DNA of 64,000 nucleotides from Myxococcota bacterium (GTDB lineage: Bacteria; Myxococcota_A; UBA796; UBA2385), in contig JBIJDH010000016.1 of NCBI GenBank assembly GCA_044344255.1, positions 1-64,000 of the forward strand, read 5' to 3'. The translations under genes were made by a program, and so were the position numbers. The notes beneath the pieces are model-generated. The model had not been told where the DNA came from. It saw only the letters and a program-made list of their open reading frames with translations, and made no database searches. Shown here one piece after another: positions 37,408 to 47,324 of the stretch (positions within the stretch are counted from its first letter, which is position 1; every line of letters begins with the position of its first letter).

Positions 37408-39141
37408 GGGGGGGTGTGATCCACATACGGTTACGCAGCCGCCATGGTGATCTCCGGAGAGAACGCCTGGCAGAGGTGGGACGTGAGGCCCGGGCTCTGC
37501 CAGAAGTCGTCCCAGCGTTCGACGAGGGTGAGGAGCCGCATGCGGATGGTGGCGACCGCGGAGTCTGGGGGCCAGCGTGCGCCGGGCATCTTGCGCCGCA
37601 TCTGGCTTGCGGTCCGATGAAGGGACTCCATGGCGCCGGAGCCGATCTGGATGCCCGCGAGCTGGTAGGCGGGGTAGTCCATTCGGTCGGCGTTGTTGGA
37701 GACGAAGCCCAGGAGGGCCTTCACGGCGATGTCATGCCTTGGTTCGGTGGGCTCGTCGGTGAGCTGGCGGGCGGGGTGCTCGCCGGCGCCGTGGGGGTCG
37801 GCGCTCTGCTGGATGTCCATGGCCTGCACACCGATGGCCTGGCCGACCGAGTGGGCGGCTCGCTCGGGCTTGGTGTGGCCGGCGCGCAGCTTGGGGGGCT
37901 TCGCAGGCTCGCTCTTGTAGGGGCGGCCGAGGAGGTCGGTGCAGATGCGCCGGGTCCAGGCGGCTGCGGCGCGGCTCCCGGTGCCGAAGCGCTCCGCCGC
38001 GCAGGCGGCGATGTGCTCCGCCGCGTGGAACCAGTCGAGGATGGTGATGGCGTCGGCCGGCAGCGCGGGGACGACGTGGGTGCGGGTCCAGGGAGCGCGG
38101 TCGGTGATGAGCACCACCTGCGCCCGCTGCCCATCGGCGAGCACATCATCGACCGGAATGAGGTCTTCTTGTCTCAGGCTCCCGAAGAGGGCGCCGATGG
38201 CGGTGTAGTCCCCCACGTGAAGTCCCCGCCGAGGTATACGACGCCGCCAGAGCGAGGTTCATGCACCACAATCTCACGCCGTTGATCATCTTCCACGCCG
38301 CTGGTGCTGTCGTCCCCGTAGCGTGCGGAGCGCGTGGGCATCCGTGGAGGCGTAGAGAATCGGCCGGTTGGAGTCCTGATGCCGAGTGGCGCGTTCGGTG
38401 AGGAGCGCTCGGCCGGTGTCCGGCGCCCGAAAGGTCCATCGCCGGTCGAGCAGCCGGCCGATGGCGTACTGGTGGCGGGCGATGGTGGTGTCTTCGACGG
38501 GGGCGTCGTCGTGGGTGAAGAAGCGCATCGCCTCCTCCGCCTGTTGGAAGGGCAGCAAGGTCCCCAGGCGCGCCTCCCATTCCAGGGCCAGCTCGGAGGA
38601 CCGGCACCGCCCGTGGTAAGGAAAGACCGCCGCCCGCGCGGGCGCGCGGACACGGCCGCCCGCGTCGAAGTAGGCGAACAACGGCACCCGGATGACGCCC
38701 AGCGTGGTGGTCTGCTGGATGGTGTAGCTCCCGTCCAACCGAAACCGCAGCGGCTCCGACGAGGGCTCCGCCTCCTGCGTCGCCGCCAGTCAAGCCCGCG
38801 ACAACGTCACCTCAAGCACCAGGTGCCCCACCGCCAGGATCACCTGCCAAACCCGGCGCTCCGCCGCCGCACCCGGCAGCAGGGGGCCCTCGAGCAGCGG
38901 CCCGATGAGCGCGCCAAACGACGCGAGCAGCCGCTCCTTGACGTGAGTGCTGTCCTGGGTGATCGTAGAGGTGGCGGTCACGGCTGCGTCCTTCTTGGGC
39001 GTGGTGCCCAGGTTCGGGTTCAACAACGCAGTCGTACCGCCACCTCCTTCGCTGTCGATCCCCGCGGTGCGTCGCCCGGCCCCTTCATGTCGGGCGGCCA
39101 CTCAGGTCAGGCCGAAACCGTTTCGTGAATCACTCCCCCCC
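37408..39141 (-). mobile_element. ISKra4-like insertion sequence with frameshifted transposase and imperfect terminal inverted repeats
   Basis: Transposase pieces in three frames: LITDRAPW, ILDWFHAAE, RMDY..YQLAGIQIGSGAMESLH...KMPGARW. TIRs GGGGGGGTGTGATCCACATACGGTTACG (left) and GGGGGGGAGTGATTCACGAAACGGTTTCG (right, reverse complement). Confidence 0.8.
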
Positions 39142-39360
39142 AGCAGTGCTGGGGCCACTTCTATAGCGGCGGTGGAGAGAGTGATGCTTCAACCGGGGCG
39201 GCACACTGCGGGATGCCGCCCTCGAGCGTTCGACCCTCCTGTCCGTCTGGAAAGGGCCTTCCTCCGGGTCTCCGCAGGTGGTAGCTTGTCGGCAGGTGGA
39301 TGCCCCGTTGCCTGTGTTGAGCGCCAGATGCCCTGTTTCCTACCAGCAGAGGGGCGGTTG

Positions 39361-40545
39361 ATGGCCGTCTTCCTACTGCTTCTCAGCTCGGCATGGGCTG
39401 GTTGGGTGCAGGTTGACGCATCGGGCCATTGTGTCGTTCAGCATCCCGACCAGCACCGCATGGAGACGGTGGCGGACAGCTTCAGGCGCAGGGAGGATCT
39501 CGCGGCTGTGGAGGAGGCGGCTCGGGCTCGTGCCTTGAGCGCCCTCTTCTCGTCGGTCTGCGCGGGGCAGGGGCCGGCGGATTGTGACGCGATTCGGAAA
39601 CGGGTGGGCGTGGAGGTCGCCGTGGACCTGGAGCGGAGGCTGATCTGCGCCTCAGCCCTGGTGCCGGCCGAGATTGTGGAGGATCCCGGCGGTCGACTGA
39701 AGTATGATGCAGCCCTGGATGAGCTGTCTGCGCGGGCTGCTGAGTCTCTTGCCGGACGGCCGGTCGGTGCGGTGGTCGCTCGGCTCTCGACCGGCTGTGG
39801 AGCGGGTGACGCTGGCGTTGCCCTCGCGAGCTCGGTTCGGGCGGGCCTCGCAAATCGAGGGGTCCCAGTCGTTCAGGGGGAGGGGGATCGCCTCTCGCTG
39901 GTCGTCACGCCGATCGCGGACATGGCCAACGTGGAATTGTGGCGACGACCCTCCGCGGGTGGCGCCGAAGTGCAGGTCGGGGCGGCTCGGGTCGCCACGT
40001 CCTGGCTTGGCCTCACCTATTCACATGGAGGAGAGTGCCGCGGCGACTCCAAGCTCGGTATTGGGCGCTCCGGGACAGCACCCGGTTCGGGGGGGCTCAC
40101 CGTCGCTGGGACCCTGGCGACGGAGGGAGCTCTCTGCGCTGGCGAACGTACGAGCCTAAGTATTCGGAGCTCAGCCCCCGCCCGGGTGCAGGTGTGGAGC
40201 GTTGGCCGCAGCGGCGACGCCTGGCTGACCTGGGACTCCGCGACCGAGGCTGCGGTTGGGGCCGGCGGCCTCGATCGGCGTGCCTCGTTGGAGCTCGAGG
40301 CCGAGTACGTACCGGCGCTCGGCGAAGAGACTCTCCTCGTGGTGGCCTGGCCTCTCGGTGAACGGGCCTTGCCTGGAGGTCCGGGATGCCGGCGGATGAG
40401 CCTGGGCGCCGCCGACCTCCCCGCTTCGGCGGCCCGATTGGCCCTCCCCTTTACGGTGACCCCGCCGGGGGAGGGGAGGTGCCCCACCGCGGCTGAGGAT
40501 CGCGCCGTCTATCAGAGCTACCAGTCCGCTCCACTCTGCCGATGA
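39361..40545 (+). CDS. Secreted Cys-rich protein, LPP20-like N-domain plus DUF4384-like C-domain (paralog 1)
   Basis: Signal MAVFLLLLSSAWAG. AARARALSALFSSVCAGQGPADC, CAGERTSLSIRSSAPARVQVWSV, GEETLLVVA. Confidence 0.7.
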   Translation: MAVFLLLLSSAWAGWVQVDASGHCVVQHPDQHRMETVADSFRRREDLAAVEEAARARALSALFSSVCAGQGPADCDAIRKRVGVEVAVDLERRLICASALVPAEIVEDPGGRLKYDAALDELSARAAESLAGRPVGAVVARLSTGCGAGDAGVALASSVRAGLANRGVPVVQGEGDRLSLVVTPIADMANVELWRRPSAGGAEVQVGAARVATSWLGLTYSHGGECRGDSKLGIGRSGTAPGSGGLTVAGTLATEGALCAGERTSLSIRSSAPARVQVWSVGRSGDAWLTWDSATEAAVGAGGLDRRASLELEAEYVPALGEETLLVVAWPLGERALPGGPGCRRMSLGAADLPASAARLALPFTVTPPGEGRCPTAAEDRAVYQSYQSAPLCR

Positions 40546-40558
40546 TCCTGGAGCAGCC

Positions 40559-42634
40559 ATGCGCCTCTCATCTCGCATCTCCTTCCTCTCCTCTCTGCTC
40601 TTCGCCCCCGCGCTGCTGGCTGCCGACTGGCCCGACCTATCCACTCCGCCTCGAATTTCTGCCGGGGATGGGAGCAAGGACGCAGCCCTGGTCATTGCGA
40701 TTGAGGACTACGTCTTTGCACAGGATATTCCCGGAGCCGTGCAGAACGGCCGGGACTGGGTGAGCTGGCTTCGAGAGTCACGTCGGGTACCCGTGGTGAA
40801 GTCTCTCGAGAATGGCCAGGCCACCCGAGAGGAGATCCTGCAGGCTGCCCGCGGTGTTGCGGAGCGTGTGAAGCCGGGAGGGCGACTGTGGGTCGTCTAC
40901 ATTGGGCACGGTGCCCCCTCCCGCTCCGCGGATACTGGTGTGCTCGTCGGGGTGGACGCCCAACAGACCGCCCTGTCCCTGGAGGCGCGGAGTATCACCC
41001 TCTCAGAGCTCCAAGACGCCCTCGAGGGTTCGGCCGCCGAGGTGGTGATGGTGCAAGACGCTTGCTTCTCTGGCAAGTCGGCTGCAGGTGACCTTGCACC
41101 GGGCCTGTCACCCCTGAAGGCGGTTTCGGTCTCTATTGGCCCGAAGTGGACGGTCCTCTCCGCTGGGCGCGGCGATGAATACGCAGGACCCCTCGCCAAT
41201 GGCCAGCGACCAGCTTTCAGCTACCTCGTGTTAGGGGCGCTGCGGGGCTGGGGGGACACGGATGCGGATGGTGTCATCTCGGCTGAGGAGGCTGTTCGGT
41301 ACGCAGGCGACACGCTCTTTGAGACGGTGACGGGCCGACAGCAGACCCCGGAGCGACAAGGGCCAAACGTGGCTTTGGGACGGTCCGCCCGGGAGACGGG
41401 CCCCAACCTCGGCAGTTTCGCACGGCCGGTGGCCCGCAGTACCGACAGCCGCGGGGAGAACTCCGTCCAGGTCAACCTCGGCGCAGACGCTACCGACTTT
41501 GCCGCCCTGGCTCGAGAGGCCGAGGTGGCGGATGCCGCCTTGGCCGAAGCCCGGCGAAAGCAACAAGTGGCAAAGGCAAAACAAATGGCGGAGCAGCGAA
41601 AGCTGCTCGACCAGGCGAAGGCGGATGTGATGTCGGCGGCAAGCCGGGACTACGCTGCGATTGAGTCCTTCGTGGAGAAACCAACGACGAACGGGGAGAA
41701 GGTCTTGAGTGCCTGGCTGGCGAGATATGGTCAGGCGACCGTGGAGGTTGGAGGTGTAAAGGAGTCCGTGGTGATTGAAGAGCTGGCCAAAGTCCAGACG
41801 GCATTGAGACGGGCATCATCGAGTCCGCCGATCGACGTCACCAAGACCGCATCGGGAAGTGTGTCGAAGAGTGGGGTGGGCCGGAGCGGGTACAAGATGG
41901 TGGCGGTGCCGGCCGGAGAGTACCTGATGGGTTGCACTTCCGGCCAGAGTGACTGCGCGTCCGACCAGAACCTTCATCTAGTTGAGCTCAGTTACGATTT
42001 CTTGATCGGACAGACCGAGGTGACACAGGGGCTTTGGAGTCGGGTAACTGGGAATAATCCTTCTCGGTTTATTGCCTGCGGGCTGCTCTGTCCGGTAGAG
42101 AATGTGAGTTGGCTGGATGTGGTGCGGTTCGCGAATACACTTTCTCTGTTGGACGGTTTCCGGCCTTGTTACGAATTTGAAGAAGATGATCTCTATTGGC
42201 CGGCCGGAGTCAGTTGTACTGGATATCGCTTGCCCACGGAGTCAGAGTGGGAGATCGCCGCCAGAGGAGGTCGCGACACGTTGTACGCGGGCTCCAACCG
42301 AGTAGAAGAGGCAGGCTGGATTGATACCAATAGCTCCAATCAGACGCACCCTGTCGGGCAAAAGGGTGCAAACGGATACAGTCTATTTGACATGTCCGGA
42401 AACGTTTGGGAGTGGGTTTGGGATTCCTATGGGGCGTATGCCACCAAGAAGACAAAGGATCCCACCGGTCCAGGCGTGCAGCCCGTCGCCGTCAATCGTG
42501 GGGGAAGCTACAATTTCGGTGCGGCCCAAGCGTCTGTTGTTCATCGTGGTCGATTCAACATTTCGGAGCGCAGTGGTAGTCTGGGTTTTCGACTCGTGAG
42601 AACGGTCCACTCGTTCCGGATCCATGAACCATAG
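40559..42634 (+). CDS. Secreted caspase-like protease fused to an FGE-sulfatase (SUMF1) domain
   Basis: Signal peptide. ALVIAIEDY, YIGHG, QDACFSG, FSYLVLGALRGWGD. Coiled coil. YLMGC, RLPTESEWE, FDMSGNVWEW, RGGSY, GFRLVR. Confidence 0.9.
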   Translation: MRLSSRISFLSSLLFAPALLAADWPDLSTPPRISAGDGSKDAALVIAIEDYVFAQDIPGAVQNGRDWVSWLRESRRVPVVKSLENGQATREEILQAARGVAERVKPGGRLWVVYIGHGAPSRSADTGVLVGVDAQQTALSLEARSITLSELQDALEGSAAEVVMVQDACFSGKSAAGDLAPGLSPLKAVSVSIGPKWTVLSAGRGDEYAGPLANGQRPAFSYLVLGALRGWGDTDADGVISAEEAVRYAGDTLFETVTGRQQTPERQGPNVALGRSARETGPNLGSFARPVARSTDSRGENSVQVNLGADATDFAALAREAEVADAALAEARRKQQVAKAKQMAEQRKLLDQAKADVMSAASRDYAAIESFVEKPTTNGEKVLSAWLARYGQATVEVGGVKESVVIEELAKVQTALRRASSSPPIDVTKTASGSVSKSGVGRSGYKMVAVPAGEYLMGCTSGQSDCASDQNLHLVELSYDFLIGQTEVTQGLWSRVTGNNPSRFIACGLLCPVENVSWLDVVRFANTLSLLDGFRPCYEFEEDDLYWPAGVSCTGYRLPTESEWEIAARGGRDTLYAGSNRVEEAGWIDTNSSNQTHPVGQKGANGYSLFDMSGNVWEWVWDSYGAYATKKTKDPTGPGVQPVAVNRGGSYNFGAAQASVVHRGRFNISERSGSLGFRLVRTVHSFRIHEP

Positions 42635-43543
42635 GTCACAGGCCTGAGCTTGTCGTACGGTCTCCGCGGTTACGGATCTCCTGCCTCCACCCGGATGGTC
42701 CGGGAGGGGGTAGAGGCCGGGGGTGTCAGTGTGGCAGCTTTCGACCCACGGCCGCCCCTCAACGGGAGGTCGTTCTGGCACGCCCTTCGGTCTCTGTCTC
42801 TTGCGCCGGCCCGGACTATTCGTGGGTTCCTCATTCTCTCATCGAAGGCATCGCGTTGTGCGCCGACTTTGCGCGACGTGGTGTCCTGGAAGCGATCGGC
42901 GAGAAGGTGCATATCAACCGGCAAGGGGGGCTACAACGGCTTTTACGTCTGGCTTGTGCTTTTCCTCCATCTGTCGGGTGGGTGTGGAAAGGGGAACCGC
43001 AAGTTCTATGAGCAGATTCCGCCGCTGGTCGGTCAAGTCGGCGCGCTTGCGGGGCGCAAGCGGTGATGTCGCCCGCCTCCATCTCGCAGGCGCTCGACTC
43101 CGTCGAGGAGCCCCTGATCCGCCTCTTCGCCAGCTGGCGACTCATGGAGCTGTCGGTGATTGATCCGGTCCTCCGCCGTCCGTCGGCGCTCTCCTACGAT
43201 GCCTCGGGTAGTACTTGGCATGTGTTCCACCGGGACCCGACAGTCACCGCGCTTCGCCAGCGCGGCCTGCCGGCGGACAATGAGTTGCCCGACGCCCACC
43301 GACGCTCAGCCGACACGGGCCGTCCCGGTCACCACGGGCGAAAGAGGGGGAATCTGCAGTTTCGCCGGGTCACCGTCCAACATGCTGGCTCCGGCGCCTG
43401 GGTCCATGCCCACACTGCGGAGAGCGATCAGCATCGAGACTTCGGAGGGCAGACCTTACCACAAGCAATCATGCGAGGGCCGGCGATCGGGCCGCAGCGA
43501 ATCCACGCCACCCGGGTGTGCCTCGGTCGCCAAGTGTGGGCGG

Positions 43544-46500
43544 TCAGGGCGCTTCGGCCTGGGGCCGGAGGACGCCAAGCCGGTCGGCGGAGTGGCGGCG
43601 GGGCTCCTCGTCAGGGATCCGAAGGCCGGCTTCGTCAGCGGCCTTCATGGTTGAGAGCACAAGCTCATAGTGCGCCACCGCTCGGGCGTTCTGCGTGACC
43701 GAGAAGGCTCGGTATTTCTCTTTGAAGGTATGTTTGTCGTCCTCAGAGAGGTCGGGGTGCGGTGCGAGGCTCGCGAGCTGCTTCGCGAAGTGTTCCCGCG
43801 CGCGGCCGCAGCGATCGAGGAGGGCGACCGTGGCGTGGAGATCGCGGGTCTCGTCGCGGATGGACGCCGTCTCTCCCTCCAGGCTCTCGATGATCGCGTT
43901 GAGCTCGAGGCTCCGTGTGGCTACTGCGGCGAACCAGACGGTGGGCGCAACCTCGCCCTCGAGGCCGTCCGCGAGGTGAAAGGACAGGGCCTGGGCCAAT
44001 ATCGGGTCGGCAGAGCGGAGGCGCAGCTCGCCCATGGCTTGACTTGCCATCGGGACGCTCCGCTGTTCGGTGTCAGCCTCTTCCCAGGCCGCATAGGTGA
44101 GCCCCCACGTGGGCTCGGGGTCGGTCCCGGCTCGTGCGAGGGTGAGGCCGGCGGTGTGCGTGAGGGCCACACGACAGGCGGCTGGCAGAGAGGCGGTGCC
44201 CGTTACGGTGAGGACGAGCTCGTCGGCGAGCGGGAGGAGCGCTCGATCCTTCGGTCGAGTGCGAAAGACCGAGACGAGCTGGGCACAGGCCGCGTTCGCT
44301 CCCTCATTTGTCGGGTGGCGTCGGAGCAAGAGCAGGAGGTCTTTCGCGGCCATTCCAGACTGTTCGAGGGAGAGCCGAGCTTCGGCGGCGTCTGCCCAGG
44401 CGGCCACGGCGCTCGGATGCTCGGGGAAACGGCGGGCGAGGCGCTCCGCGGTGTCGGCGAGCAGGGCGAGGCGATTGAGGGAGCGGGCGTCGGCCGCGAG
44501 CTCGGCCATCTGGGCCGCGTACCTCTCCGAAGCACCACGGACGGGATCGAGGTCAAAGCGCCGGAGGTACAGCGCCCGTGTGTCGATTGCGGACTCCAGC
44601 CGCCCTGACTTTCGGTACCAGTCGCTCGCGTTCCACAGGGCCTTCTCGGCGAGATCGACGTCTGGAGTGGTCCGGCCGAGCGCCATCGCCGCGTCGGCGG
44701 CGCGGGAGGGCTCGAGCGCGCCTGTCTCGACGCTCGACACGAGTCGCTTCAATCGGATCGTGGGATCGAGCCGAGTGAGCTCCGCGGTGGCCTCGGCACC
44801 CAGCTCCCCGCCAGCGTACAGCTCCACGAGGAGCGCCTCCGCCTGGATCCAGTCGCCGTCCCCGTCAAAGGTGCCGAAGAGGTCGTCCAGGGCGGCGACG
44901 GAGCCCGGACCGCCGGGATCGGACCCCAGCGCTCGGCGATAGGCCGCCCGGGCCTCGGGCACCTGGCCGCGAGACCAGTAGGTGTCGCCGACCTGCCCCA
45001 ACAGCTCGGCGGACGGGGAGGGGCCGAGCGGGGAGAGGCGGAGGACGCGCTCGGCGGCGCTCACGAACGCTCCATCGACGTTGGAGAGCTCGGCACGCGG
45101 AGAGGGCGGCGTGTGGGCGAGCGAGCCCGAGGAGAGGCCCGCCGTGGTCCGCTCGGCTCCGCGGGCGCCCTCCGCGGCGGCGAGCGCGTCCCGGGCAGCC
45201 TGGGCGGCGGTGGGGGCGCGTCGAGCCTCCAGCTCAGTCGCGATGCCCTCGTAGACCGCCCAGGCCTCGGCGTAGCGGGCGAGGCTGAACAGCGCGTCCG
45301 CCTCGAGGTAGCGACCTCGCTCGAGGTCGGTCCGCCGCGACTCCGGCTCCAGCGAGCGCGTCGCGAGGGGGGAGCTGAGCGCGCGGGTCCAGGCCTGCGC
45401 GAGCCGACGCTCATGGTCGGCCCAAAGTGTGTGGTTCAAGTAGCCCGGGTCGCGACGGTTACGGTCCAGCTCCTGGACCTGCTTCGCGGTCACTTCGCGA
45501 AAGGCAGTTAGGCCTGCGGTGATCTGGTCTTCAGACTCGGCGGGCGAGGCCTCAATCAATGCCGCCGCATTTTCGAGCGCGACGATCGCGTCGGGGACCC
45601 GCAGCTCAACCACGCGCCCCGCCTCGGTGGTCGCCGTGAACAGCAGGTCACCGAGCTCGACCCACAACCGCGCGGCGCGCGTAGTGCCTGCGGACTGGTC
45701 CAGTAGTCTCCGATAGACACGCTCGGCGCCCTCTGCCCGATGCTCCGTAGCGAGGGCGCGCGCGAGCTCCCATCGAGCGGGGACGGGATCGGCAGCGAGC
45801 TCCCCCAGATACTCCCAGCCCGCGTCCGCCTCGTTGAGGACGGCCAGGCTCCGGGCGAGCTCATGCAGGCTCTCCTCCCACAGGCGTGCTTCGCCGCGGG
45901 TCTCGGGGGAGGCCTCGGCTCGGCGGAGTGAACGCAGCAAGAGGTCACGCGCCTCCGCTGGCGCCTGGAGCTGTTGGCGGAGCAGCTTTGCGGCTTCGGT
46001 GGCGGACCACAGGGCTGTGCGAGAGGGCGGCCCGGCCGCGGCCTTCTCCAGGAGCACGAGCGCTGTGTAATGGTCGTCCCGCGCGCGCCAGTGCCAGAAC
46101 CCGAGCTCCGCGTTGGCGATGGCGGCCTCTTCAGAGGCCGGCTGCTCCCGGGCGAGGCGCTGATACCAGACCATGACGCGGAGCTGCGCGGCCGCGATCT
46201 CCTCGGGCGCCGCCGAGGCGCCCTCGAGGTCACTCACCTCCTGCTGCAAGGTCTGGGCGAGCCAGAGCATCACCTCCGGGCGCTCCTTCGCAGTCGGAAA
46301 TCGGTCAATGAGCCAGCTACCGACTACCTCGGCGCGGGAGGTCCAGGCCGTGGCCGGCCCGAAGTCGGGGACAGGGTCGTCCGGCATCGGGCCGAGCGGG
46401 TGGGTGGGATCTGCTCGCAGCGCGGCCAGCTCGGCGCGCGTGATGATGAGGGTCTGCTGGTCGCCCTGGAGGCTGGAGCGGGCGAGGGCGAGCGCGTGGA

Positions 46501-47323
46501 CATGGGCCTGGGCGCGAAGGGTGGCGTCTACCAGGTTGTAAAGAGCACGCGGCTCCATTCGTTCGTCGGCGCTCTCCACCACCCAGCGCTCCCCACCGCG
46601 GATCGCCTCGTCGAGGCGGACCAGGGCCTGCTCGGCCTCCGCGATCTGGCGCTGGGTCTCGGGGATCCGTCGCTCCAGGGTTTGGATCTGGAGCTCGAGG
46701 CGCTCCGGGGCGCCGAGCGGCCCCTCTTCGTGAGCGGGGACGTTCGGACCGAGACGGCGCTCGATCTGCGACACCGCCGCCTCGGCCCGCTCAGCGGAGA
46801 GGGTAGATTGGCTCCGAGAGGCCGCCCGGATGGCCCGCGGCGCCGATTGAGCGAAGGGGAGCTCACAGCCGCTCCGTGCGCCAACGTCGCTTGCACGGGC
46901 GAGGTCCGCTGCGGAGTGCGACTGAAGCAGGACGCGCAGCTCGGCGGCGTCCTGAGTGACCTGTTGGAGCGAGGGCAGCCCGCAGGCCTCGTAGTAGCGC
47001 TCGAGCGTGGGGTCGAGGCAGAGGCCGAAGGCGTCCTGCTTCGACTCGGCCGCTGCCAAGGAGGACGGGGGGCCACCGCCGCGGAGCGCGGAGACGGCTT
47101 CCAATCGTGCCGCATCCACGGCACCCGGAGGGATCCGATAGGGTCCGAGGGTGGCGGCGTCCACCTTCTCTTCGACGTCACCGCAGAGCCCCACCAGGGC
47201 AGACTGTCCGGCCGTCAGGTCGACAGCGACGGGCACGCGGTACCAGTGGCCCTCGGCGTCGCGGAGGGCTCGGAGCGGCTCGGCGGCAGCGAGCGACAGG
47301 GAGAGCAGGAGCAGCCCTTGCAT
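43544..47323 (-). CDS. Large secreted TPR/coiled-coil protein
   Basis: Signal MQGLLLLSLSLAAA (ATG 47323), coiled coil, repeated TPR-like motifs (LIDRFP, LARRFPEHP, LLRRHP). Confidence 0.75.
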   Translation of the reverse strand: MQGLLLLSLSLAAAEPLRALRDAEGHWYRVPVAVDLTAGQSALVGLCGDVEEKVDAATLGPYRIPPGAVDAARLEAVSALRGGGPPSSLAAAESKQDAFGLCLDPTLERYYEACGLPSLQQVTQDAAELRVLLQSHSAADLARASDVGARSGCELPFAQSAPRAIRAASRSQSTLSAERAEAAVSQIERRLGPNVPAHEEGPLGAPERLELQIQTLERRIPETQRQIAEAEQALVRLDEAIRGGERWVVESADERMEPRALYNLVDATLRAQAHVHALALARSSLQGDQQTLIITRAELAALRADPTHPLGPMPDDPVPDFGPATAWTSRAEVVGSWLIDRFPTAKERPEVMLWLAQTLQQEVSDLEGASAAPEEIAAAQLRVMVWYQRLAREQPASEEAAIANAELGFWHWRARDDHYTALVLLEKAAAGPPSRTALWSATEAAKLLRQQLQAPAEARDLLLRSLRRAEASPETRGEARLWEESLHELARSLAVLNEADAGWEYLGELAADPVPARWELARALATEHRAEGAERVYRRLLDQSAGTTRAARLWVELGDLLFTATTEAGRVVELRVPDAIVALENAAALIEASPAESEDQITAGLTAFREVTAKQVQELDRNRRDPGYLNHTLWADHERRLAQAWTRALSSPLATRSLEPESRRTDLERGRYLEADALFSLARYAEAWAVYEGIATELEARRAPTAAQAARDALAAAEGARGAERTTAGLSSGSLAHTPPSPRAELSNVDGAFVSAAERVLRLSPLGPSPSAELLGQVGDTYWSRGQVPEARAAYRRALGSDPGGPGSVAALDDLFGTFDGDGDWIQAEALLVELYAGGELGAEATAELTRLDPTIRLKRLVSSVETGALEPSRAADAAMALGRTTPDVDLAEKALWNASDWYRKSGRLESAIDTRALYLRRFDLDPVRGASERYAAQMAELAADARSLNRLALLADTAERLARRFPEHPSAVAAWADAAEARLSLEQSGMAAKDLLLLLRRHPTNEGANAACAQLVSVFRTRPKDRALLPLADELVLTVTGTASLPAACRVALTHTAGLTLARAGTDPEPTWGLTYAAWEEADTEQRSVPMASQAMGELRLRSADPILAQALSFHLADGLEGEVAPTVWFAAVATRSLELNAIIESLEGETASIRDETRDLHATVALLDRCGRAREHFAKQLASLAPHPDLSEDDKHTFKEKYRAFSVTQNARAVAHYELVLSTMKAADEAGLRIPDEEPRRHSADRLGVLRPQAEAP

Positions 47324-47324
47324 T

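Noticed and set aside
37048..37426. N-terminal extension of ORF 35411..37426
   Set aside because: It begins inside the IS inverted repeat and spans the predicted promoter. The signal peptide and RBS indicate a start at 37003.
42640..43540. ORFs 42650..43066 and 43063..43698, and hairpin CGCTTGCG/CGCAAGCG near 43045-43062
   Set aside because: No recognisable motifs and weak codon bias. Cannot be supported as genes or structured RNA; probably decayed sequence between convergent operons.
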